A DNA stretch of 64,000 nt, from the NCBI RefSeq assembly GCF_009914755.1, contig NC_060928.1; one strand, written 5' to 3'. Of the stretch, positions 13,769 to 26,197 are shown piece by piece (the first letter of the stretch is position 1; each line of letters begins with the position of its first letter). Source of the DNA: the human T2T-CHM13v2.0 reference genome, Homo sapiens. Under the pieces are notes generated by a model. That model saw only the letters and a list, made by a program, of their open reading frames with translations, did no database searches and was not told the origin of the DNA. The position numbers and the translations under genes were made by a program.

Positions 13769-16598
13769 AAAAGTTATTGTTTCTTTTAAGCTTTCCTTTA
13801 TTTCTTAAAATAAAATTTCCCCTCTGCTGTTCTCCTACAGAATTTTGCTCATCTTCATGTACATTAAGAGAAGTGTAAATGCATGAGTATGGTAGGTTTG
13901 CTCAAAATTAGGGACCACGTCTTGCTCATCTTAATGACTCCACAGCATTGAATGTCAGCATTTAGTATGTTTGCTAAGTGAGCTAATGACAAGACCAAAA
14001 TCCAGAAATTACAAAAATACTGCTGCAATCTAGACCATTTTCTTTTCAATATATTCCAAATAATATGGATGGTTATTAGACACACTTGATGCATGACTTC
14101 TTAGTGTATAATATATAATACAGGAAGGTAAATTTCTTTCAAGAAGATAGCATTATTTTATTTCCTTTAATGGGAAGCAGATTTGAAATCTACCATAACC
14201 TGATGAACAATTATCATCAAGAAGTTCAAGCAAGGAAAGGAAGAACAATTCAGCATCAGTGATGCCAGCACCACAACTGTTGAATTTAAATGTTTACACA
14301 ATGATTCTTCCAAATCTTCAGCTACTTTTAGGGCATTTGCAGTTAAATCATTCTGGCTCACATCCCAGTGAAGATCAGGATATAGCTGTGTTCAAATTTT
14401 AAGCATTTTACCCAAGGCATAAGGTTTTTTTTTTTAGTGATCATGGGGACAGCTTATTAATACAAGCCCTCAAAATTTCCTGCAAAAATATTTTTTTGCA
14501 GTATGTTTCCCAAAACACTGGGGTAACTAGATAATGTGGGAGCCAAGATACGAACACATTCATTAGAAACATATAAACAAATATTTTGTATATTTTCTGT
14601 CTCTACTCTAAGGGGAAAAATGAGCTCAGAAAGTCCACCAATATAAAATACATTACCACTCACATACCTATAAAAATAAAATGACTTCACTGGAGAGATC
14701 ACATTGAAATCATATTTGAAAGAAGGAAAGCATCTAGTTTTGCACAGGTAAAAGAGAAACATTTTCAAAGCAGGCACAAATAACATAAAGGATCAAAGAT
14801 GTAGGGCCAGCAAGGTATGCTGAGAAAAGTCACACAAGTAGGTTAACATGGAGTGTTGTGGTGGCTTTAACACAAATCCTTAAGAAGAATAATAAAACAT
14901 TTCGGAATATTCAGCAAAATTGTAATGGGTCTACTTTGATGCCTATGAAGGAAACACTGTACTCCATAAGCGTGTTAATTTTCCCTTTATCCCAGGAGCT
15001 CCTTGAGAACAGCACTGGTTAATTTTAGCAGAAGGTTCTGCAGACTCCTTTCCTTTTGCCCTGGTATCATTTATGGTGAGATCAGAATCTTGAGTGATGG
15101 GCTGTTCTGCTTTTGGAAATTAATATTGTTAGCTATATAATGATCACTAGAAAAAAAGATTTGAACTTTGCGTGCTTTTCCTGATCATAACACAAGAGTG
15201 TTTAGGCTATAATCAATTTCATCCCAAATATGTATTACCTTACACAGATGGCCACTAATGGGCACTAGGGGAATTACATATTCAGCAAGTGTTGAAATGC
15301 GATAAAATTCCCATGGCATTTATGGAATTCAAAAAAAAACTCCAAACACTAATTTTACTTTCTAAATGTCACCAAGCTAAATGTTATAAAGGCTTGAGGT
15401 TGATGACTCTTTGACATAATATAGATTTAGTTATCACTGAAAAAATCATAAAATAATGTTTATTCACCTAGTAAAGCCTCCAGTAATGTTTTCTCTTTCA
15501 GATGTTCCTAATGTATGCAGAATTTTTAAAAAGGCACATAAATGTAACATTTCTACTGTAAGTGAGGACAGAAAGCTTCATGTAGTTTGGTAAAATGTAT
15601 TATGATAGCTTTAGAAATTATGATTTTTCCCCAATACATGTATATTTTGCTAAATAATGGAACCTCAAAGTGACCTATTTCCATATTAGCAAACATTATG
15701 TCAGTGCTTAGATGATGTCATTTTTTTTTAAAGTTTGTGATATGCTTCTAAATGAGAAAGATATAATAATCAAACTCGTATCAACCTAGGCTTCAGATTA
15801 CAACATGGGCTATTTGGCAGAAATTTCCTTAAAGACAAAGTAATATTATTAAACCAAATTGTACCACTGGAGTAAATGTGGATAAATACTAGTAGGATTT
15901 ATTTCCATATGAAATAAGATTATGACTAGGAAGATGTTGAAGAGGAAACCAGCATTTCACGGATAGAAAAATTGTACCAGGCACTGCTAAGTGCTTTACA
16001 TTTAGTAATTCAGTTAATAGCTTTGGGGAGGTTGAGTAAATTGTCTAAGGTCAACTAGAGGTGCAGCTAAGCTATGACCGTAAGGACAAAACACCAAGAA
16101 CTAATACATACCCAAGGAAGCAAATGGGATGTAAAACTGAGATTAGATGAAAATTAGAATTTTGTTCAAATCATCAGGTTTTTAAACTTTTGTGTCTGTT
16201 CTTGGTCTTCAATAATACTTCATTTCTATGAGAGGGTTTCAGCCTCAGGCCTGAGTCACCCGTCAGGTGTACCTATTTCCCTATTCCTACCTGCAGGCCT
16301 CAGGGTCACATTTCAGGATTAGCTCCTTTACAAGCACACATGCATGCCTGCATTCATTCACAAATATACTCCAAGCAGGTGCTTCTGGGCAGGTACTTGT
16401 GCCGGGGATACAATAGTGAGTTCCTTCCTGCATGAAATTTATATTTCAGAAAGCTTCATTAGAAACTCTCCTTGGATTCCTGGCTGCCTCGTTTTCTAAC
16501 TGTACCTCCTTGCCTTACTGGTGTTTCTCCTAAACCCTGACTGCCTGGTTGTCATCAAGTCCCAAGTAATTAATTAGCCACCAGGCCAGAAATCTAGA

Positions 16599-16764
16599 TG
16601 GTGCTTTTCAAACTTTAATTTTCAGAATCACCCGAGGAGCTTATTAACACAGAATGCTGGGCCCTACACCCAGAATTCCTCATTGAATAGGTCTACGGTG
16701 AAGCCTGGAAATGTGCAGTGGTTGCAAAGCTGCTGGTCTGAGAACGTAACTATGAGAACTGCTG
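16599..16764. mobile_element. hAT-Charlie MITE (MER5A-like)
   Basis: 'cagaatcacccgaggagcttattaacacaga..gctgggccc..cccaga' and terminal 'tgagaactgctg'. Confidence 0.75.
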
Positions 16765-16772
16765 ATCTAGAG

Positions 16773-16991
16773 CAGGGCTGACTAGCTTTCTCTGTAAAAG
16801 GACAGATGGTGAATACTGTAAAGTTTGAGGGCCATATATTCTCTGTTGCAACAACTTAATTATGCTGTGGTAGCATGAAAACAGTTACAGACAACATGTA
16901 AACAAATGGATGTAGCTGTGTTCCAGTAAAGCTTTATTTACAAATAGGCAGTGGGTGGATTTAGCCCTTGAACTGGAGTTTGCAACTCCTG
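16773..16991. mobile_element. hAT-Charlie MITE (MER58A-like)
   Basis: CAGG..CCTG termini, 'gtgttccagtaaagctttatttacaaa'; 8-bp TSD atctagag/atgtagaa. Confidence 0.8.
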
Positions 16992-17329
16992 ATGTAGAAT
17001 GCTTGTGAGCATCCCATCTTTGCACCTGGCTCCATCTTGTCTGATCACCGTAGACATCCCCATGTCCAACTCCTACCATTCTCCCTTAGCCTGGCCTTAG
17101 ACCCTCAGGTACCAATTCTCTTTCTTTTCCTTGCAGTTTCAAACTACAAAGCCTTTAAACTGTAATACAGGATTATCATTATTAGAGAAACAGTGCTCCC
17201 CTGGAAGAATCACGTTATATGTTATACCCTATCTTAAAAAATGTTATACACATTGTATGTTACATGCTATACATGTACTCTTATGTGAGTACAAAGGATA
17301 AACACAGGAATGAGGTATCATCTTAGTCT

Positions 17330-17810
17330 CGATGGCTCAAAGAAAATCTATCCAACATGAGCTGACACTTGACTTTAAATACTAAACAATGAATTAAGGT
17401 TTAGCCAAGAAATGGGGAGAGGTGGGGAAGGATAAGGGAGGTGATTCCAAATGAGAAGAAATTACATGTACAAAGACAGATGTGTGAAAAGACACATAAT
17501 GTTTGAGAAGCTGCCATTCAGTCAGTATGGAAATGATAGATGAAGTGACGTGTGGCAGTGAGGAAGATGAGGCTGGAAAAGCCAGCAGGGAATGGAAATG
17601 GAAAGGTCTGTGTGTTATGCTGACAATCCCAAAGGCAAGGGACACCTGGCGAATTTTAGAAGAGGAGAGACAGGATCAGATTTACATTTCAGAAAGGTCA
17701 CTAGTAGCTGTATGGGGCTGGATTAGGACAAAAGAAGCCTGCATGACAAATTAAGAGGCTACTGCAGTCACCATTCTCTTGAGGTTTAAAATACGTTAAC
17801 TCTGGAATTG
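17330..17810 (-). mobile_element. L2 fragment
   Basis: 'gatcagatttacatttcagaaaggtcactagtagctg' and 'aagaggctactgcagt' are typical of antisense L2. Confidence 0.6.
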
Positions 17811-18599
17811 GGATGTGCTGTGGGATTCTCAGAGGCATTCTACAACACTGGTTCTCAGAGGTTGCTGGGCTCCTCTGTGTTCTGCATTCCACTGGGTATC
17901 ATCCTTGTTTTAAAGAGACCTAACACCTTCTTTCCTTTCCCTTTATTCTGGCCTACAGTACTAAGACTAAGAGCATTAAGTCCTTAAACCATTGGAATGG
18001 CTCATTTGCCTACTTCTGGAGAAATCATTCAACTGGTTAATTTTTCTAAGGCCAAGAAATAGATTTTAACTTGGTGCTTTTCAAACCATAGAAATCACAT
18101 TTGAACTCACAAAGCCAAGGGCTTAGTTATAAGGCCAGAATTCACACACCCAGCTGAAAGGAATCAGGATGTGAGAGGTGATTGGGTGTAGCTTGCAAAA
18201 ACAACGCATCCATCTTATCTGAGTGAGAAGACAGCAATACCCAGGGTGGAAAATCTACCACGAAGCATTCATAAGAAGGAACCTATCCTACCAGAAAGGA
18301 GGAGCATGTGATTAGAGATCTAAGGAAATCTTAAGTACTTTAAATAAGAAGATTCTAACGGCCAGTTGAGGGAAAATCATGAAAAACATATTTCCATCTT
18401 GTTTTCAAGGAAAATGGAATACAGTACATAGAGTACATAGAGGCTGCCTCACTAAGTAGCTGAGTCTCAAACAGGCTGATGAGCCCCACTTCTCACCCTG
18501 AGTGATCTAGTGATTATGCAACTGCACAATTGATTTCATTTTATTTTTCAAGTCTCCAATATTTTATACACATTCTTGCTTTCTTCAAAAGCAAGTTGG

Positions 18600-18785
18600 C
18601 AACGTAACTTACAGATTATTAGCATGGGATCTGGAATTAAGACAGAACAGGGATTTGCATCCCTGCTCTGCCAACCACTGGATATGGGTCCCTGAGCAAG
18701 TAACTTAACTTACCTAAGAATCAACTTTCACAACAGCAAGATAAACCTAATAACGTAGATTTAATAAGGATGTTCTGCAGATGAA
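18600..18785 (+). mobile_element. MIR
   Basis: 'ccctgctctgccaacc...ccctgagcaagtaacttaac' matches the MIR 5' and core region. Confidence 0.6.
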
Positions 18786-20917
18786 ATTACACCAGTTATC
18801 TCACAAACATTTTTGAGTATACTAGGAAAAAATGTTGAATACGTACTTATGACACAGTTATATTTTTGTAAAACATTGTTAAAATTAATAAATTATTCAC
18901 ATTATAAAATGCAAAAACTAAAAAAGATGAAATAAAACAAATAGAAGTTCTAATATTTTCTTGCTTACCCCAATGGATCACGTTGTGTCTCACTTTAGAG
19001 GCCCTCCAACTAAATAATCAGGGTAAAGAGTGAAAATTGCGGAGCTTAGTAAATGCTCAGAAAGTGGCAGGTCTAATTAAATGAGCTAACTACAAATGTT
19101 CTTAAGCAAATAGAACAGGAAACTACTGGAATTTTAAACCACGAAATCACCCATACATCATGTAAATTTTCATTTCATTTTTAGCACAAATGAAAGTGAT
19201 ATGTGCAGCTACTAAGAATAGATGTGGTAGTTTTATCTGAAGAAGCATTCCATTCTAATACAGAAGTTACTGTGAACTTGGCAGTCATGAATGCTCAAGA
19301 AAAGTCCTGTTTTCCATTAAGTTTTATATTTCTCTAGGAATCCTCTAAACCATTTGTTGCCATATGTTGCAAAGGGCACTAAATTGTTGTTTAGTCACAC
19401 TGAGTGTAATGGTTGATCTATATTACGCCACATCAAGGGACTCTTTAACCATCCCCCAAATGTCAACCACGTTTTGGGGAGGGGTAAAGGAAATAATGTA
19501 AAAAAGGATCACTACCTCACTGTCCTATCTTAGTGCCTTATCTCAGTGCCCAGGGCACTAAAGCCTCTCTGGAATGACATTGTTTTAGTTTACAAGTTCA
19601 CTACCTATCTCCCACCACTGAAACAAAAGGCAGAAATTCTTCTATCCTCTCCCTGCTGAGCCCTAGAGCCTAGAACAGAACCTGCCACGCAGCGGTGCTC
19701 AGATATTTGTTGCTGAATCTTTCCAACCCATGATTTTCTCACATTTATATATCAAGTAACTTTGAAGACAGGTTTTATAAATGAACGAATCTAAACTTCT
19801 AAAGAATGCCTTCTGTAAAATTATTGGCTTCTTTTCTAACATACCCCTAAATTAATCCTTAGTGATAGCACATTTGATACCAGTGCCTTCAATGCATGGA
19901 AAGCATGAACTAGATTTGTTAATAGGGGGCAGGCTTTCATTAAGCAAGTACTTATTAAGCTCCAACTTCTGAATTAATTATTTAAATGAATAATTCATTT
20001 ATTCATCAAATATTTATTGAGTGGTTAACATAGGCTAGTCAGTCAAGCGCTGGAGACACAGTGATAAATATGATAAACACAGTCCCTGCTTTCGTGAAAC
20101 TTCAATCTAGTGGATGACATACATCAATCACAAACTACAAAATGCACATAAAACACAACATTGCTATCTGATCAAAAAAGGCTTGACAGCAGAGTTACAG
20201 TGTTCTGAGTTTACTCTTAAGCTCAGAAATGATCCTCTAACCCATAACCTATTTTAGAAAAACTTGAACAGATAAAAGCATTGGATAAGTTTCCATTAAA
20301 AAAAAAAGTTTCCCAATCCACGCATCATAATAAGAGAAAAATAAAAATCTTATCACCAGGGAAATACTGCTTTAATCAGTGATGAATCTAGGCAGGTATT
20401 ATAGCTTACGCTGTTTTCTGTAATTCTCAAGATAAATGATTTACTTTCAGAAACACAGAAATTATTAGTAGGTAATCTATGCAGTACTAAAGACATAATT
20501 GTATTTTTCTATTGAAGCAAATAAATATTAAACATTTTCAAAAAATTATGTATTCCACGAAGGCACGCCTTCATATTTCAAACAATGGTTTAATTATAAA
20601 ATAAGGAAGAAAGACCAGAGACTTCTATACTATTAATTTTCAAAGGAATCTAGTAGTATAGTATGAATATGAGACAAAACATAATTTACGTGTCTTAGAA
20701 ATAAGTTAGAATAAAAGTAAACAAATTTTAACAAAGAATAGAAGCTCAGACCAAAAAGAAGTGATATCACCCTGGCTCCTGATATATTAAAGTGACAGAT
20801 CAAAGGTGAGAAATTTCAGAGAAACCCCTGCCAATGAAACAAGGAACTTCATAATTATTCTGTTATTTACAATTCTTCTTGAGGAAATACAAAATTTTAA
20901 TTTAAAAACCTGATTTA

Positions 20918-21207
20918 GGCCAGGCACGGTGGCTCAGGCCTGTAATCCCAGCACTTTGGGAGGCCAAGGGGGGGTGGATCACGAGGTCAGGAGATCGAGA
21001 CCATCCTGGCCAACATGGTGAAACCCCGTCTCTACTAAAAATACAAAAATTTGGCTGGGTGTGGTGGCGGGCGCCTGTAGTCCCAGCTATTCAGGAGGCT
21101 GAGGGAGGAGAATCGCTTGAACCCAGGAGGCGGAGGTTGCACTGAGCCGACACTGCACTTTAGCCTGGCAACAGAGTGAGACTCCGTCTCAAAAAAAAAA
21201 AAAAAAA
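20918..21207 (+). mobile_element. Alu (AluSc/Y-like)
   Basis: 'ggatcacgaggtcaggagatcgagaccatcctggccaac'; TSD core ctgattta on both sides. Confidence 0.95.
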
Positions 21208-22310
21208 CAAATTCTGATTTAAAAAATATAGGCTGACACTATAAGTGGTTTCCCAATCTAAAATTATGAGTCCTAATATGTTGACTACCTTTCAAAAGAA
21301 CGAGGGTGAGATAAAACAGGTCAAGTTTGTTGTCTAAAGAATGAGACCACTGTAAATTCTCTCAAGTGGTGACAAAAAGAGACTAAGAGGTGTTAATGTC
21401 CACAATGCCCAATGTGAACCTGCAATTCTTCGCAAAGTGAGTCAAGACAACTGAAATATCCCATATGATAATCCCATCTGCATTCTAACCATGTGAGCTT
21501 TCTTATTCCTGAACAAGTTAGGCCTTCCTACTAATCAATGTCACCTCTTGATTTATTTAGTAACAGCAAAAGAAAAAATAAACAAAATAGATGTGTCGGC
21601 AACTGATTCGTGAAACAACTCTCAGTGTTAAAATTTTTAGAAATGTCCTGAAAAGCTTACCATATGAATGCAAGTATTGGAGCTCAAACAGTACAGTTTT
21701 GGAACAGAGCTGATAATTATATTTTATAGATAGATTTAAAAGTCCTAAATCCTCTCATCTCGAGATGACTGTCAATAGGGATAACAATAGCCGGTGGGCT
21801 TTTTCACTTTCCATATCCTCCTTCCCATAGTGTTCCCCAAGAGTGAAGGCAGCACATTCTAGTGCTCAGTGTGCTGGGTAGTAACATACCTGAGTAACTA
21901 AGCATCACAACCAAAGGATAAATGCCTTGTTGTATATTTTTGGTCTATTTGGATATTTTTTTCAGCTTATGCTAGGAGTTACACTACCCAAAGGAATAAG
22001 GATTCAACTTAGTTTTAAAAACTGAATTACCAGTTTGAACAAACATTGGAGGAACAAGAGGCAGAGAGCAGCATTTAAAAGTATAACCTTAATCCTATTA
22101 TAACATTTCCTCTTATTTTGTACTAAATTATTATTTTAGGAAAAACTTTACAAATCTTTTACATTTTGAATGTTGTGAATATAATACTACCATTAATGTG
22201 GCAATGACATATCAATTCAAATATGTTCAGAAACATCTTGCATACGGGCACAATGATGTACTGATCTTTTGAGGAATTTGTTTTCTAAAAGTCCACATAC
22301 AAATGTAATA

Positions 22311-22536
22311 CATGGTTTTCAAACTGTGCTTAGTGGATCCTCAGAGTCACAACAAGCCCTGCCTGGAGCACCCACGAGGGCAAGGTGGAGGCTGAGGGGA
22401 AAGCCAGTTTGGATCTCCTCTCTACTCTTACTCCAGCCAAAGCAGTCCTGCTTTCGTCAATTATATATATTATGATTCAGGCAATGTTTGCTTGGAAAAT
22501 TCTGTTCTTAAAAAATAAAAGATGTGAAAACGACCC
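22311..22536. mobile_element. hAT MITE (MER103C-like)
   Basis: Termini 'catggttttcaaactgtg' ... 'tgtgaaaacgacc'. Confidence 0.5.
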
Positions 22537-22979
22537 TCACAGTTTAAAGATTCACTGTCTGACATGCTAAGTCCAATAATGACATGCTAAGTCCAATATT
22601 ATGGTCTACGTAAAAATAGATTCCAATCACATAAAAAATAGATTGCATAAACAGCATGTCTCAGTTAAAGCAGGTAAGGAAGAAGACAATGGATGAACCC
22701 TAGGACTGTATTTGCTCAATTTAAAGCCAGGGTAACATGCTGGAAGAATCTGTGGTCTGACACGCTGAAACTTGCCTCACTAGAGTGGTTTTAATGGCAG
22801 TAAATCACAACTTCTGAACCCTAATCCCAGCTGATTTTAACAAAGAATAGAATCTGAGATCAAGAAAGAAGTGATATAACCCTGGCTCTCTATATTAAAA
22901 ATCCTACAGTCCTCCTATGATCACAGTTAATGGAAACACTTCAGAAAAACAGCTTGGTCACAAAGATCCCTGTGTTATT

Positions 22980-23289
22980 TATATATTTATTTATTTTTAC
23001 CTTGAGACAGGGTCTCACTCTGTCACCCAGGCTGGAGTGCAGTGGTACTTTCACAGCTCACAGCAGCCTCAGTCTCCTGGGCTCAGGCAATTCTCCCTGC
23101 CTTAGGCCTCCTGAGTAGCTGGGACCACAGGTGCATGCTACCACATCCAGCTAATTTTTAAAAATTATTTACAGAGATGGAGTCTCCCCCTATGTTCCCC
23201 CAGGCTGGTCTCAAACTCCTGGGCTCAATGATCCTCCCACCTTGGTCTCCCAAAATACTGGGATTACAGGTGTGAGCCATCACATCTGT
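22980..23289 (-). mobile_element. AluJ
   Basis: 'gagacagggtctcactctgtcacccagg' and 'ctcctgggctcaatgatcctccc' are J diagnostics. Confidence 0.93.
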
Positions 23290-23903
23290 TCTATTTTGTC
23301 TATTCTTTTTCCCTACAATGATGTCTGCTCTCCTCCAACTGGTAAAATAATCCTTGGAGGCCCATTTCAAAAATTACCACCTCTCCAAAAGCTTCCTTCA
23401 GGTCAAATTTGTGGGCCACCTTTTTGGGTTCCTTAAGATTTCTTCATTTAGGGAATTTGCTCAGACCGTGGTACCCAGAGGGCCACAGTCTCATTTGCTT
23501 GTGCATGAGCATGTAAACATGAACTGCTTGATGAAAGTTATTTAAATAGATCACCAAATGAAGCTCCAGTTTCAGGAGTAGAGATGGACACAGAATCAGT
23601 CTTCATTTGGAGCAGGCTGGCTGAGTAAATGACCCAATCTCTTAATCTTTCCGGATCTTAGATTTTCAACAACAGAGAGCATGGCTTACTATGAAGTGAA
23701 GACAAATTAGTTATAAATTCCCGTTTTCATTTATTTTAGGTAAAAAACAGTCATAAGGGAGGTTTCTGTCATCTGTAAACTATATGTAGTTTACATGGAT
23801 GCATATAGACACATATATAGATGCATGTGTATATGTGTATACACACACTCTCCCCACTTTTAATGGAGTGCCTCAGTCAACTTAAATTTTAATGTAGCTC
23901 ATG

Positions 23904-23920
23904 ATCGCCATCTGCTGGGA
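23904..23920 (-). promoter_or_regulatory. Candidate CTCF site
   Basis: The minus strand reads CCAGCAGATGGCG, matching the CTCF core CCASYAGRKGGCR; motif evidence only. Confidence 0.55.
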
Positions 23921-25139
23921 AAACGTTGAACATCTAGTTCAGTTAAAAGCTGGAGGTTGCAAGGCTTTTAATCAGTTATTAAAAGAACAAGAAACAAAAC
24001 TGTTAAACCTAGAAAATCTAATCTATAAAAAACTCTAGGGCATCCAGAGAGTAAGGATATTAGGTACATTAAACATTCTACTCTAGAACTGAAGTTGTAC
24101 TTCAAGTGGAAACAATTTAATATGTTTAGAATCCATTTTCAAATAGATTTTTTTATTCTGACATTACATATTAATTCTGTCTCATGAGGATTATAAGGCA
24201 AGGCAAGGCTGCCTTATATTCAGAGACAGGAAAAACATCATTTCCAAACTGGATTTTTTTTTTTTAATTCTTAAAAGAGTAACAGAAGCAAAGATTAAAA
24301 ATCAATAGCACTAATGCTTTAAGATATGTGACTTTAGTTGGGCAGATTAAAAGAGATTGTGATTATGGCCTCAGATTATTTTATTTTACTACATAAATGC
24401 CCCAAAGACATAATCATATATAAATATGTTAGGAAATGGAGAGCGAGAAGGTGGAGGGAGTGGGGAGGGAAGAAGTGGGGAAGATAGGCAAGAGAGACAT
24501 TGAAATAAGTCAACTGATAACAAGTCTCCTGGTGTGTGTATACCTATAACATTTAGGGTGGGAGTATCATGCTGGAAGACACCATACATGCTATCCCATG
24601 TCTTTTCATAAGTAAGCAGAATAAAAAGTTCAAATATAAGGAGGAGATATCTAGATATATCTACATATCTATCTCTATATATACAGGTATGATATATGTG
24701 AGCTTATATTTATATTTAGGTATCTTCCCCTTACAAAATACAAAGGCTATATGAGAAACAATCACCTTCCATAAAAAGTGATAATCTGTTGAGGAGACAG
24801 GACACCAATATCTCGAGTTGCATATGGTAACCTTGTGCAATAAAGAAAACCATCTGCAGCTAGAACATGGCATCCCCACATTACATAAAGGGAGGGGACG
24901 TGAGGAGCAGAGGGGGGAAATAGTCCAGGGAGGTACTGGTGGCACCAGCCACCTTTCAAGACAGAGGCACGACGAAGTACACAGTTCGATAGAGAGGAAA
25001 GAAGAACAAAGTATCAGCCTTTACTTACCTGGAGAAAAGATCAAGTAAACCGCAGCGGACAGGCTAGTTTGATTCTATGCAATACAAACATGAGTGCTAT
25101 TGAAGAGTTATCTAATGGCAAGCTAGAGGTTAGAATGAA

Positions 25140-25372
25140 GTCACTTGAATGATTTAGAGCATGAATACTGGAGGAAGAGTGAGGATTCTGGCTCCCCCTA
25201 TTAGAAGCTGTGTACTCTCAGCCAAATTACTTACCCTCTCTGTTACCTTGGATTCTTCATCTATAAGACAGGAATAATTAGCACCTCAAAGGGATGTTGT
25301 GAGGACTAGATTAATAGATGAAAGTGCTATGAACAGCACCTGGCACACGGCAAGAGCTACACAAAAATGTTT
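25140..25372 (+). mobile_element. MIR
   Basis: 'agccaaattacttaccctctctg...cttcatctataagacaggaataa...gttgtgaggact...cacctggcacacgg'. Confidence 0.75.
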
Positions 25373-25452
25373 TCTTAATTAAGGAAGCAAGATTCTTGCT
25401 ATTTATACAGCATCGATCATAATGTATCCATCACTTTCTGGCTTAATAGCCT

Positions 25453-25596
25453 TGGTTTCTTTATCTGTAAAATGAGGACATTTACAGCTGTGACAGAAAT
25501 AATACAGGTATATGTTTGTCACAATGGTTTCTTTATCTGTAAAATGAGAACATTTACAGCTGCGACAGAAATAATACAGGTATATGTTTGTCACAA
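25453..25596. repeat. 72-bp tandem duplication (2 copies, 2 mismatches)
   Basis: Units 25453-25524 and 25525-25596, read directly. Confidence 0.95.
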
Positions 25597-26057
25597 TGAC
25601 TGGACAAGTGTAAGCACTGGATTACTCTCATATATATTATCAGCTATGCAAGCTGTGTGATTACAGTACTATTTTATATTGCATTGCATATTATAGTTAT
25701 TAACTCAAAGCACACATGTCATGTATGTAATGTGTGCGTGTGTGTAGGGGCATGTTCCATATCCTCAGAGATCCAGAAACTGAAATACACTGGCAAGGAG
25801 ATTGCCAGACTGGCCAAACCTTGATCCAAAATTGTGAAAAGAGTGAAGATCTATACAAAGTAATGTCTAACCCCAAAGGCTTCTCAGCAATATTTTAATG
25901 CATATTAATACTTGTTAATGCTTAGATGATGAGAGGGTATTCAATAGTGAATGGTATGTCAAGATATTTTGATTTTTATTCCATTGGTTCCTTGAATAAA
26001 GATCAAAACTATCTGGAAACCAAACCCTCTGTATGATCAACAGAATCATCCACGTAC

Positions 26058-26197
26058 CTTTTCAATCAACTCATAACTCTCTTCGAGTTTGAGTAGCCTG
26101 TTCTGCACAGATGTAGATGCTCGCTGATAGACTGCTCGCCACTCCTGAAAGTCGCTCTCTGAAATCTCAGCCACAGCAAAACATAAAGTTCTTAACC
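26058..26197 (-). CDS. ATP8A1: ATP8A1 coding exon, 140 nt, (G)LRTLCFAVAEISESDFQEWRAVYQRASTSVQNRLLKLEESYELIEK
   Basis: ttttcag|GG acceptor, AAG|gtacgt donor; GLRTL motif. Confidence 0.97.
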
